Assembly (NCBI GenBank): GCA_043228905.1 | Contig: JBHGNT010000012.1 | Span: 18,228,001-18,292,000 of the forward strand | DNA length: 64,000 nucleotides | DNA from: Azolla caroliniana | Taxonomy: Eukaryota > Plantae > Polypodiophyta | Direction of reading: 5' to 3' | In this document: one piece after another, positions 34,604 to 46,830 of the stretch | Layout of the letters: every line of letters begins with the position of its first letter | Position numbering within the stretch: position 1 is the first letter of the stretch | The notes under the pieces: model-generated | The model's database searches: none | What the model was told of the DNA's origin: nothing | The model's input: only the letters and a program-made list of their open reading frames with translations | Position numbers and translations under genes: made by a program

Positions 34604-37600
34604 AACACGTTCGCTTTCACAAGTGGAAGGATAAGGAATATTACATTTGATTTTGGGGCTTTTTTTGCCATTTCACAAAACACCTTGATACTAGTATCAC
34701 ATGTTCTCAAAAACTTGATGAAAAAACTAAAATTTTCACCATTTGGTAAAATTGAAAATTGCCAAATTTTGGCCAAATACGAAAAGTAACTTTGTGTATT
34801 TTTAAGAAGAAATTATAACTAGTAGTATTTTAGATCCTAACAAAATCATAAGCTAAAGATTTCAAAACAATCAACTTTTTTATTTCATTTGATAAAATAT
34901 TGTCTAAATTTCTTACATATCGTTGCACAAAAAATACATTTAAGAGTTATTTGCATCACTATCATCATTCCTTTCCTGAGAATCACTACTATAGCTAATA
35001 TACAATTGTGACTCTTCCTCCTCATTTTCAAATGTACCAATTAAATCATTGTCTTCACTAAATGGTGTCTCCAAATTGTGTGCACTAAATCTTGTTCGCT
35101 TTCAATTTGAGATATCTTCTAGTCTTGGTAATATCTTTTTTATTATGTCTATCGTTCTCGTCCTTAAACATCCAACATTTGTCAATGTAAAGTCATACAA
35201 AACAATATCCACCTCACTAATGTCAATGATAGATGTATTACAAAATTTTAATCCATCGCCACATCCAAAACTTTACCACTTCAGAATTGATGCCCTAACT
35301 GATGGCCATCTACATGTGTAGCTATTAATATCCCCACCTTGAGTTCTTGCAAGTTTCCTTGTCACCTTAGTTATGCTCGTGTTGTCATCCTTCGTTCCAC
35401 ATAAATGTTTCATTATTGTAGATGAACCAAACTATGAATATCAACATTAAGTGCTTGACGTGGTGATTAAGAACCACGAGAATATTTTATACATCACGTA
35501 AATGGCATTTGCAAGGTTCAATTACCATCAACACAATTCTTAATGGTTTTCTGTTAATCAATGAAGCACATGTTCACCATAAGGTGTCTTGTTGTGCAAC
35601 ATATTTCTTTGCAGTATCAATATGCATCTTTTTCTCTTGTAAAAATAGAGATTTTAGTACAATTCGAGTTCATGTAAACCCTAAACCTCTTTTATTTGAA
35701 TAAAAAGATGATTTCTAAACATGAACTCCATACATTATATCGAGTTGATGTAAAAAACAAATTTTTTATCACAATTACATACAATGTATCAAATTCATGT
35801 TCAAAGTTTTTTTCTTGGATTTAAAAAAATAAAAAAATAAAACAATTGAGCTTGACTTGATGAAAAAACTAGTTTTTTCACCACAATTCAATACAATGTA
35901 TCTAGTTCATGTTTAAAGTAATTTTTTCAAATTTTTTCAAATTTTATTTATTTATTTTTAATTTGTTTTTTGGGGAAAAACATGATATTTTATCGACTTG
36001 TGACAAAAATTCTAGTTTTTTCATCACTTCAAAAACAATTTTTTTTTAAAAATCCAAAATAGGTAGAAAAAATAAAAAAACTTTAAACATGAACTCGATA
36101 CATTGTATCGAGTTCGCGTTGAAAAACTCAGTTTTTTTATATGAACTCGATACAATGTATCAAGTTTGTGTTTAAAACATTTAAACACGAACTCGATACG
36201 CCGTATCAAATTCATGTTGAAAAGTCAACTTTTTGACACGAACTCGATACAATGTTGAAAAACAAATTTCTCAAGACGAACTCGATACATTGTATCGAGT
36301 TCATGTCGAAAAGCTGACTTTTTCACATGAATTTGATACAATGTATCGAGTTCATGTTTAAAGGTTTTTTGGGGGGGTTTTAAAAAAAACTATTTTGGTT
36401 TTTTTCTATTTATTTTGGGTCCTTTTGGTTTTTTTTTTTTTTTAAAGTTGAAATGATGAAAAAACGAGAGATTTCATCACAAGTCGATACAATGTATCGA
36501 ATTCATGTTTAAAGTTTTTCTTTTCAAAAAAAATAAAAAAATAAATTCAAAAATTGAAAAGACAAATCAAAAAAATTTGAAAAAAATTACTTTAAACATA
36601 AACTAGGTACAGTTTACTGAATTGTGGTGAAAAATCTGGTTTTTTCATCAAGTCAAGTTCGATTTTTTTATTTTTAGTTTTAGTTTTTTTTAAATTCGGG
36701 AAAAAAAAAACTTTGAACATAAATTTGATACATTATATGGAATTGTGATTAAAACTTTGTTTTTTACATCAACTCAATACAATGTATGGAGTTCATGTTT
36801 ACAAATCTTCTTCTTTTTTCAAATAAAAGAGGTTTAGGGTTTACATGAACTTGAATTGTACTAAAATATCTGTTTTGACAAGAGTAAAAGATGCATATCA
36901 ATGTTGTAAAGAATTATGTTGCACAACAAGATACCTTACAGTGAACATGTGCTTCCTTGATTAACAAAAAACCATTAATAATTCTGTTGATGGTAATTTA
37001 ACCATGCAAATGCCATTTACTTCACAAATTTTGTAGGGGAGCTCTCAAAATGAAGAAGAGGAGAGCATTGTGGATACCTTGATAAGTATGTGATATGTTC
37101 AAATTGATATATTAATGTTTACATCTAAGTTTGGCAGTTTTGACAGTTTATGAATATAATCTACAGTTTAGGAGTTATGGATTTATCAAAATTGTTTATG
37201 AATATTGTATACATTTCTTGAGTTGTGAATTTATGGATGTTAAGGAGCACTAAATTTATAGATGATGGCATTAAGGATTACAATGTTACCTCTTATACTT
37301 AAAACATTTTCAAGTCTAACAATAGATGTAACTTCCACTTATGGAACCTACATCTTCTCAAGATGGTGAAACCATTAATCTTAAATTGTGTGTTAAGTTA
37401 ACCATTGTGATTTTCTTTAAGTTAACTACATTTCATATTTTCAAACCATTAATGTTTAAGAATTTATTGAAAAACTATTCAATTTTAAAAATTATCATTT
37501 TGAAACTTGTTAAATCTCAAAAAATTAACAAATTTTACATGCTATTTAAAACATGTAATACTGGTGTATCAAGTTTCTGAAAATCGCCTAAAATCGCAAG

Positions 37601-37661
37601 ATTATAAAAGGAATGTATAAGTCGAATGCGCGATCCTTCCACTTGTGAACACAAACGTGTT
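34604..37661. mobile_element. TIR DNA transposon with 4-bp TSD ATTA; no transposase recognised
   Basis: Left end AACACGTTCGCTTTCACAAGTGGAAGGAT, right end ATCCTTCCACTTGTGAACACAAACGTGTT; ATTA at 34600-34603 and 37662-37665. Confidence 0.8.
35498..37020. mobile_element. Foldback (MULE-like) element with inverted arms of about 700 bp
   Basis: GTAAATGGCATTTGC.. / ..GCAAATGCCATTTAC; arms complementary over hundreds of bp; internal palindrome GAACTCGATACA-N-TGTATCGAGTTC repeated; no clean TSD. Confidence 0.82.
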
Positions 37662-37781
37662 ATTAGGGTTTTCCACATAAATATTCTGTGTACCCTCTTC
37701 TTCCCGTTTCTATGTTTCATTCCCATTTCTGTGATTCAAGACTCGGTTGTGGCTGAGCAATATTCCGCACTATTCCTCACA

Positions 37782-39414
37782 AAATCAACTAACCAATCAA
37801 CCTCCACTACTATTGACTTGAGGCCATGTGAACCGACACAATTGGTTGTTCGGAGACAGCCAGTCAGCACAACCGAATCTGAGTTGATTGACTCAAAGAG
37901 ACCGATCGACTATGAGTCTGAGTCAGCAAAGTTGTTAACATCGATCAAGGAATACGACTTGGAGTCGTCCAACCTTCAGAAGCCGATTGACATATATGAA
38001 CCCGATCAAAGAGGAGAGTCGAGAGAACACCCAAACGAGAGCCGAAAACGAGTGGAAGAAGATACCCACTCAGAGAAAGGCGAGCACCGACGACATATGC
38101 CAGTCAATACATCCTCTTGACTGATGAAGGTGAACCCAAGTGCTATGATGAAGCCATTACCGATGAGCACAGAGAGAAATGGTTGAGCGTGATGCAAGAT
38201 GAGATGGACTCCTTGCACGAAAATTACACCTATGACCTAGTAGAACTACCGAAAGGTAAGAGAGCACTCAGGAATAAATGGGTCTACAAGGTGAAGACTG
38301 GAGAAGTCAACAGTGCGCCTAGGTACAAAGCCTGCATTGTGGTGAAGGGTTTCCAACAAAAAAAGGGCGTCAACTTTGACGAAATATTCACTCTACGTGA
38401 AGATGACATCTATTAGAACTGTTCTGAGCATAGCTGCCAGCATGGATTTGGAGATCGAACAGTTGGATGTCAAGATAGAATTCTTGCACGGCGAGCTAGA
38501 TGAAGAGATTTACATGCAGCAGCCCAAAGGCTTTGAGGAGAAAGGGAAAGAGAACACGGTGTGTCGACTAAAGAAAAGCTTGTATGGGTTGAAACAAGCT
38601 CCACACCAATGGTACAAAAAGTTTGAGTCCTTCGTGGTGGAACATAGGTTCCAGAAAACACAAGCTGACCATTGTGTGTTCGTCAAAAGGTACGACGAAG
38701 GTGATTTCTTGATTCCCTTGTTATATGCAGATGACATGTTGATAGTCAGTCAAGATACAAGGAAGATCGGAAGCTTGAAGAAAGCTCTATGCAAATCGTT
38801 TGCTATGAAAGATCTTGGACCACCTAAACAGATCCTATGGACTCCTCCCCACTGGAGTGAAGGGGGAGTTTGTTAGGAATATGTCCCTCTAGTGGGAGGA
38901 GCCGACTGTTCGGAGAGAGCCGACAATCGAAGACAAGGAGCAACCGACTAATCGGATGAGTCCGTTGATTAGTAACACTATTATTAATATTAGGTAATTT
39001 AATAGGAATGACAGTAGCAGTAGCTACATTTGTAAATAGCCCATACAGGGTATAGTATAAATACACTTACGAAAAGTAGTAAAGAGACTATGTATGTGAG
39101 AGTAGTGTGTGATCTGCTGTTGTAGCTAACAATAGAGAAGAGTGAGAATGAGAAGAGAGATTGAGCGAGCGGCGCCATAGCTGTGTTCTGTAACAACATA
39201 TGCGAAGAGCCATGCGTTGTTGATACACTCGGTGTAGAGAGTCTTGTACTCTAATGTCGTCATTGTATATCCACTGTATAGTGAAGCTTCGTTCTCCGTG
39301 GTTTTCTCCCGCTTTAGGGTTTCCACGTTAAAATTTGTGTGCATTTTTTCTGTGTTTCCGAACTGTGTATTTCAGCACATTCCTTCTTGTGGATTGACGA
39401 TTTGTTTCTGAACA
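37782..39414 (+). mobile_element. Copia L, 3' part: degenerate RT, RNase H deleted, PPT and 3' LTR 38871-39414
   Basis: TDEGEPKCYDEA, WVYKVK, LKKSLYGLKQAP, LYADD; PPT GAAGGGGGAG; LTR TGTTAG..GAACA. Confidence 0.85.
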
Positions 39415-40919
39415 TTTCCAACCTCTGTAGGATCCCTTCATAGTCGGCGATGTGGTTGGCTACGAACCATCGGCACCCGTCCTCATCTAGTGTTTCGTCC
39501 TTCTCATTCTCCGTACAACCTTTGATGGGGATGTCGTCCAAGAATGGCATTGTGATTTCCGGAATACAATCTCGCAACATTTTGTTCACTGTGCTCACCA
39601 TGTGCACCACTGAATTCATCCTTCCCTGAGCCAAGGTACACATCCGAACTAAGTTGATTAGGGTCCGCATTGTCGTGATGTCCCTATTTTGTGCAGCTAG
39701 TTGGAACTGGCCGTACCCTGAATATAGGTCATCAATCGAGTAAATTGACCTTCCGGCGAAGACCTCTACAAACTCAGTCGGTCCGACCCCTGCATTCCGA
39801 ATTGTCACTTTATTGACAGGTTGCAACACATCCTGTATGAAATGCAATGTGCCATTCTTCTTCGGCACCGTAAGCCACCGATTCAAATATGGGGCGCTCG
39901 ACGGTTTGAGGATCCCCATATTGACCTTTTCCTTCAGCATCTCCATCAACTTCAGGATGTGAGCCCTTGGAACCGGGATACGCTTGATGCTCCGTAGTAC
40001 ATGCGGTACCGTGAAGAGTACCATTGGTTTCACGATCGTTGGGTCGACGCACCCAATCTCCTTCGGCAAGAATGTGAATGCCTTTCCGTGTCTCTTGAGC
40101 ATTCTCTTGAACCAATCCTCCTCTGCGGGCAATACTAAGTAGGAAGCCACCCCCACCAATCTTGAGCTTCCGTAGCGTTTCTTTAGTGAACCAATGTCGT
40201 ATGCCACACGAGACTCATAAGCTTGGGTCAATCGCGACCCCTTTTATCCATTCCTAGTTGCCCTCCGGTAAGGGTGTCGCTACTAGCCTTACCTTCCAGT
40301 CCACAATCTTGTACTTGGTGTTTAAGCTAGTGGTCCGATCATCCCCGGCCGCTCGTTCGAATTCCGCATTCATTTCATACATATCAATTGAGTTGACCGA
40401 AATCACTCAGTCTTTGCTCAGGCTCCTCGATCCTCCTGATTCTTTTCTTCTCCCATCTGTCTATGTCCACTATGGTATATCCTCCATTTTCGGAGAGCCA
40501 AATCTTCTTACTGTTATTGGTACATGTGGTGGTATAGGGGTGAGGTGCCAATTGTCTTCTTGGGCTATCGCAGCCCAACGCCTTAATAGCCCTTTTTAAA
40601 AATCCTTCCGGCTATCGTCATCTAGGGAGTCCTTATTCCTTTCATGGTTCGGCTTGACCGTTAGGAACTGGATGGAGTTTCCATCCTGGCTTTTCACTCG
40701 AGCATATGATGACCCATTATCCAATACCTTTGTCTCCATCCGGGTTGTTGTGATGTACAGTTCCCCTAGTATGACCAGATGGGATGGCATTTCCTGTACG
40801 AAGAAATGTTGTTTGATTTCTACGTCTCCCACTCTCACCCGGACATTCGTGCATCCACCGTGCAGTTCCTCCATGGCCCCGGTCGCCGCCCATATCTTCC
40901 ACCCATGTTTTGTGTTAAA
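39415..40919 (-). mobile_element. Gypsy I internal fragment (end of PR, frameshift site, RT), old and degenerate; host of L and J
   Basis: ORFs 40596-40874 (PR) and 39314-40231 (RT, PFLDDIPIKG). Confidence 0.87.
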
Positions 40920-42046
40920 TGTTGAGCAGAAAAGCTCAACCGGATTCTGATCGGCTGAATAAGCCTAACACGGATCATAATCCGGATCTTATTGTAACTG
41001 ATAGGCCATTAGAGGTGTACAACTCTAGCCTAGTATGTGGGCATATTTTTTAGAGTCAGTGTCTAATGCTCAATATGAGCATTGAAGTGCTTGTCAATAC
41101 TTTAATTAGTCCTTTTAAGAACTTGTATAAAAAGTGTTCCTTAGGGCATTTGTATATACAAAGTGTCTTTTTTGAATATAGACGTTGTGTTCTGCTCTAA
41201 CTTTTTCTCTGTCTCTCCCGCATGTTCTAGCTTTCCATTAAACCTTCATCTTTGTGTTCTACTATTATCCGGCTGAGCCGGTTGTGTCTTAGCTTCCGCA
41301 TGCTAACTTTTACCTGGTATCAGAGCGCAAGGGTTAAGAATCCTCTGCTGCTAACAAGCGACGTTGTCGTGAAAATCCGTCACTATGTGCGGATCGCGAG
41401 GCGAAACCGTCGGGGTTCTGGACTAGAAGGATTTAGTGCAACACGTACAACATAAACAAAATTCACATATAAGACGAGTAGATGAGAGGAAACGAGTTTT
41501 AAGCATAAGAAAAGTGGGAGAGACAAATCATTAGTTTATTGCAAAAGAAAATCGATTCTTTTATAATTCAAGAATCTTGTTACAACGGGTTGGAGATGAA
41601 AATGAGAGATAATTTTAAACCCTAAATGAGAGAAACCCTAAATTTTAAAGAAAGGAGCCAACAGCCATGTAAGGAGTGGTCCAATGTGAATATGAGAGAT
41701 AATTTTTGACAAGAAAAATTGAGCAAGCCAAGCCAAGAGTTTGATATCAATCTCAGAGATAATTTGTTTTGGAATCCTCGAGAGAAGAAGAAGGAAAAAA
41801 ACTAGAGGGAAAAAAATGAGACGTATATCGAGCTCTTTGTTGATCCCCCTCCCCAGTGTTACTTTGCATGCCCACTTTTAGTTACATGACCTCTATTTTT
41901 AGTTCCATGGCCTCTACTTTTAGTTGCATGCTTCCATTTTTAGATGCATGCCTTTTACTTTTAGTTGCATGGCTTTGGCTTTTGGTTGCATGCGACTGTC
42001 CGTATAATTCGGTCAAATGACACAATCATCCATAAAGTGTAGCCCA

Positions 42047-43010
42047 TGCGCAATCCGTACGTGCGACGCAACCAAATCGTAGACGCGTCCGCGCGCAAAA
42101 GTCCCAACCGCGCAGTGTACGCATACATGCATGCGCACGTCCCGACCGTGTCGTGTACACATCCGCGTGCCTAAGTCCCGACCGTGTCGTGTACGCATCC
42201 ACACACACGCATCCGCACACAAAAGTTTTGACCGCACCGCAGTGTACGCATCCATGCATGTGTGCGTCCCAACCGCGTGTGTACGCTTCCGCACGCTCGT
42301 CCAAACAGATGCTTCCGTTCGAAACGTCCACGCGGCCGTGCATGCATACGCCCGAAACTTGTGCACGCGCGTACATTCGAAAACGTCTACGCACCGCACC
42401 GCAGTGTACGCATCCATGCATGCGTGCGTCCCAACCGCGTGTGTACGCTTCCGCGCGCTCGTCCGAACAGATGCTTCCGTTCGAAACGTCCACGCGGTCG
42501 TGCACGCATACGCCCGAAACTTGCGCACGCACGTACATTCGAAAACGTCTACGCACGCGTACGCCCGAAGCGTTAACACGGTCGTGCATACGCATCCACA
42601 CACACGCATCCGCACACAAAAGTTTTGACCGCACCGCAGTGTACGCATCCATGCATGCGTGCGTCCCAACCGCGTGTGTACGCTTCCGCACGCTCGTCCG
42701 AACAGATGCTTCCGTTCGAAACGTCCACGCGGCCGTGCATGCTTACGCCCGAAACTTGCGCACGCGCGTACATTCGAAAACGTCTACGCACCGCACTGCA
42801 GTGTACGCATCCATGCATGCGTGCGTCCCAACCGCGTGTGTACGCTTCCGCGCGCTCGTCCGAACAGATGCTTCCGTTCGAAACGTCCACGCGGCCGTGC
42901 ACGCATACGCCCGAAACTTGCGCACGTGCGTACATTCGAAAACGTCTACGCACGCGTACGCCCGAAGCGTTAACACGGTCGTGCATACGCCAGAAGCATG
43001 CACACCACAC
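42047..43010. repeat. CpG-rich tandem array in the K 3' LTR
   Basis: Repeated CGCACCGCAGTGTACGCATCC..CCGAACAGATGCTTCCGTTCGAAACGTCCAC units of about 160-230 bp. Confidence 0.92.
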
Positions 43011-43377
43011 AGTGTAGCCCAAGTCACCTTGAACATTCTATGCTCCACACATTAATAAAATGAACATGTTTTGGTTTCCCTTATATATCATGGGTTCCAA
43101 TGTTGTCCTATCTATGTGGGATATCTCATAGTTTTGTCTTTTCTTTCTTCTTCAAACTTTACACTCACATAACTTGATACTTGTTTATACGTTTCATGCG
43201 TAGTAAAATACACTATGAAGCTCTTGAAGACGTCTATCTATATGAATACATTAAGCTAATCTTAAATAATTGTTTTACTAGTTTTCATATCGTGTGTGAA
43301 AAACCACACGACATTCACCCCCACCAAACTTGCACATCCACCGGTATGTGCCAATTGTGGTGAGGTTCCTCTTTTAA

Positions 43378-46300
43378 TTACTCTTTTTCAACCTCGATGT
43401 TCAAGGCTATATCATCCAGAGCTTCGATCTCAAGATTTCGGGCCTCTCTTCTCTTAAAGATCTTGATTCCTTTCCCTACAATTGGCAAAGCAAGTCGAGT
43501 TGTATCTAACTCCGCTAAAAAATAGGTTGCATTGCTTCCTATTTTCTTGACCATATACGGGCCAAACCATCGTTTTGCGAACTTTCGAGAAGTGTTGTAT
43601 TGATTATCGAGACTACTATCATAGACAAGAACGCAATCTCCTTCTTCAATTTTTCTTTGTCGAAGACAATGCTTTCTATCAAAATTCTCCTTGTTCTTCA
43701 GTCGAGCTTGGCACAACCGTTCTATTGCCAACTCGACATCTTCGAGCCTCCGTTCTAGTTGTTGGATCCTCGTGGCTAGCAAGTCTTCCCGACTCATTTC
43801 CTCTTGCCATGGCAAAGATGTCCACGAAGCAACACTTTGCTCAATAGGCATTATTGGTTTTTGTCCTAGTATGAGTTCGGCGGGCATATATCCTGTAGTC
43901 GTGCTATGTGTAGTTCTATCTGCCCACAATGCATAAGGTAGTAATCGTGGCCAATTTCCCGTCTTGCCGTCGCAAGCCTTTGCTAGAGCTTTTACAATTG
44001 GACTATGTCCTCGTTCCACCTTCCCATTTGCGTCTGGGTTGTATGCCATGGTGATCAATAATTTGATGCCTATTCTTGAAAAGAACTCTTTAGCTTCATT
44101 CGCATCTAATTCTCCCCTATCGGCTACTATTTTGTCGACACATCCATATCGACAAATAACATCTTCAAGGAGAAACTTACAAACCACCGAAGTTGTTTTA
44201 TTCCTTAGCGCTCGTCCTTCTACTTGGTTGGTGAGATCCTCTCTTGCTAGCACGAGATATTTAATTTGCCCCAATCCCATTGGCATAACCACTATGTCTA
44301 CCAACCACTTATAGTGCATTGATAATGGATATGTCAGATGAAGTTCATCTCTATGTTGAATATTCGAGTATAATTGGCATTGCTCACATGTTTCAACATA
44401 GCGTGCTACATCTTTGTAAACACCCGGCCACCAATACTTCTCCTTGAGCTTTGCAAATGTTGCCCATATACCACGATGACCGGCCCACACACTATCATGA
44501 AATTCAGCAATTAGTGTTTGTTGATCTTGTTTCTTGCACACCACTCGAAGTGGAGTTCCATTCTTCTTCTTCGGAAACTTCCATAGATATCCTTCTTTGA
44601 GGAAGAACTTGTAGGCCTTCTTCCTAATTCGGTAGAAGTCTTCCTTTGACCATAATTCATCCTTTGTAAGAGAGCTTAAGTACTTGCCAATTTCGATGAA
44701 TTCACCCTCATAATCTTCTACTTTGAACACTGCTAGCACCCGAGCATAAGAAACCGTAAAGTTTAGGCCAACATCCTCTCCGTCGGAGTGCAAATCTTCT
44801 TCACCCTCATACCTCGCCCTTGACAACATATCGGCCACCACATTATGCTTTCCATTTATATGTCGAATCTCGGGGTTGAGGGACTTGATATAGGCAATCC
44901 ATCACAGCATAGCAATATCCAGTGTAGCACAACCGGATATCATTCCGAGAATAGGTAGACAATCAGTCTCGATTATGACCTCTGTTCCGATAAGGTAGTC
45001 ACGATTGGTTTTAACCGCGGATACTATTCCCCATAGTTCTCTCTTTACTTGGGCATACTTCCTTTGTCTTTCTGTTAACACCTTTGCACCAAATCAGATT
45101 GCATACCGATTCTTTTCTTTGTCTTCTTGGTTTATCACCCATCCAATTCCGGTTGGGCTCGTATCCACCGTCACATATATCGGGGTACCTTCGGTGTAGT
45201 CGGCTTTTCGTAGTGCCAGAGCTTCCAATAATAGTTTCTTTAGCTTTTGAACCGCGTAGGTATGCTCATCTTCCCATTCAAATTTCCTCCTTTTCTTTAG
45301 TAATCCATACAATGGTTCAGCGACATGAGCATAATGTGGAATCCATATGTGATAGAATGCACATGCTCCTAAGAATCTTCGCGCCTCTGTTTGAGACACA
45401 CATTCTTCTTTCATCTCTTGAATAACGTTCACCTTGGATGGAGATGGCTTCCGGCCATAAGACCCACATAAGTGTCTTACTACCAATATTTCCGGTTGAC
45501 CAAAGGCAAACTTCTCTTCCGAAAACGTGAGATTTGCATCCTCAAGCTTTTGCAACACCTTCTCGCTATCCTTTATATGATCGATGACGAATCTTCGGCA
45601 ACCATCTTCATCTTTTGATTCATCTTTTTCTTCCACCAAGCATCCTTTGATTGGAATATCATCTAAGAAGGGCATTGTGATCTTAGGGATACAATCCCTC
45701 AACACTTTGTTCATGGCATTCACTATGTGGGCTACGGAATTTGTTGCACCTTGGGGTAAGGTGCACATCCTTACCAACCCGATCAGTGTCCTCATTGTCG
45801 TTATGTCTCTACTATCGACGGCCAATTGAAATTGATCATAGCCTGAGTAGAGATCACCAATGGAATAGATCGATCTTCCCACGAAGGCTTCGGCAAATTC
45901 ATCCACACTTGGACCAATTCCGGCATTTCGGATCGTCACCTTGTTGACAGGTTGGAGATCTTGAATAAAGTGTAAGGACCCATTCTTCTTCGGCACCGTA
46001 AACCATCTATTGGAGTAGGGAGCATTTGACGGCTCAAGCATCCCCATCCTAACCTTTTCTTTTAGAGGCTCAATCAACTTCGGAATGTGAGCTCTTGGAA
46101 CTGGTATCGGCTTGAGGTTCCAAGGTACATGCGACACCATAAAAATCACCATCGGCTCTATTATCTTCGGGTCGGCACATCCGATCTCTTGTGGAGAGAA
46201 GGCAAAAGCTTTCCCATATCTCTCAAGCATTCCGCGGAACATTCTCTCCTCTTCAAGGAGAAGGAAATCTTCCCTTCCAACTTGTAGCTTTCCTTTTGTC

Positions 46301-46830
46301 TCTTTGGTGAAGACATGACCTATTGCCTTTGGATCTCTTAAGCTCAGATCATTAGCAACTTCCTTCATCTTCTACCAACTATCTTCCGGTAGCGGAACCG
46401 CAACTGGCTTGATCTTCTTATCCACCGTTTTATATTTTGTGTTGACTTCAGCTTCCTCCACCAAGATGCCTCGATGATATTCATCGATGATAGCGTACAT
46501 GTTGACGGAGTTAACCGAAATCACATTTTGGTCGTGAGGATAGCTCAAGTCCACGACTTCCTCGATTTCATTGATGGTGTCGTTAAATGAGGCTTCCTCC
46601 AGAATATGGGACACGAATTCTTCTTCTTCGATTATGCTTTCTTCTTTCAGCACCTTCTCGAAGGCTTGTATCTGATGCTTGTCCTTCTTGTTGAGTAGTG
46701 TTAGTTTACATGCGCCACTAGGTGTGACACATGTTGCTTCTCCTTGCAATCCACTTATTTTGCCTCCTTGTGGGGACTTATGATTGCTCGGACTATTTGT
46801 GCCCCACGCTTCAATAGTCCGCTCTAAAAA
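43378..46830 (-). pseudogene. pol: Gypsy K pol (RT-RH-INT) with stops
   Basis: ORFs 46372-46749, 45094-46368 and 43378-44841. Confidence 0.9.

Larger units (their letters stand above)
34565..37781 (+). repeat. Remnant 3' LTR of Copia H (34565-34603 and 37662-37781), split by a DNA transposon
   Basis: Rejoined halves CTCCCGTGGTTTTTCCCTATTA/GGGTTTTCCAC match the Copia C LTR; ends CCTCACA; link to H is inferred from position. Confidence 0.75.

Noticed and set aside
34601-34604. piggyBac TTAA target for the DNA transposon
   Set aside because: The right flank is not TTAA; ATTA gives symmetric termini and restores the host spacing
41617-41643. Telomere-like AAACCCTA motifs in LTRs and foldback arms
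   Set aside because: Isolated copies, common in AT-rich plant DNA; no array
42013-43055. Many overlapping ORFs of up to 300 aa in the K LTR arrays, also at 49022-50290 and 24802-25405
   Set aside because: Stop-poor tandem repeats are open in several frames; no domain signal
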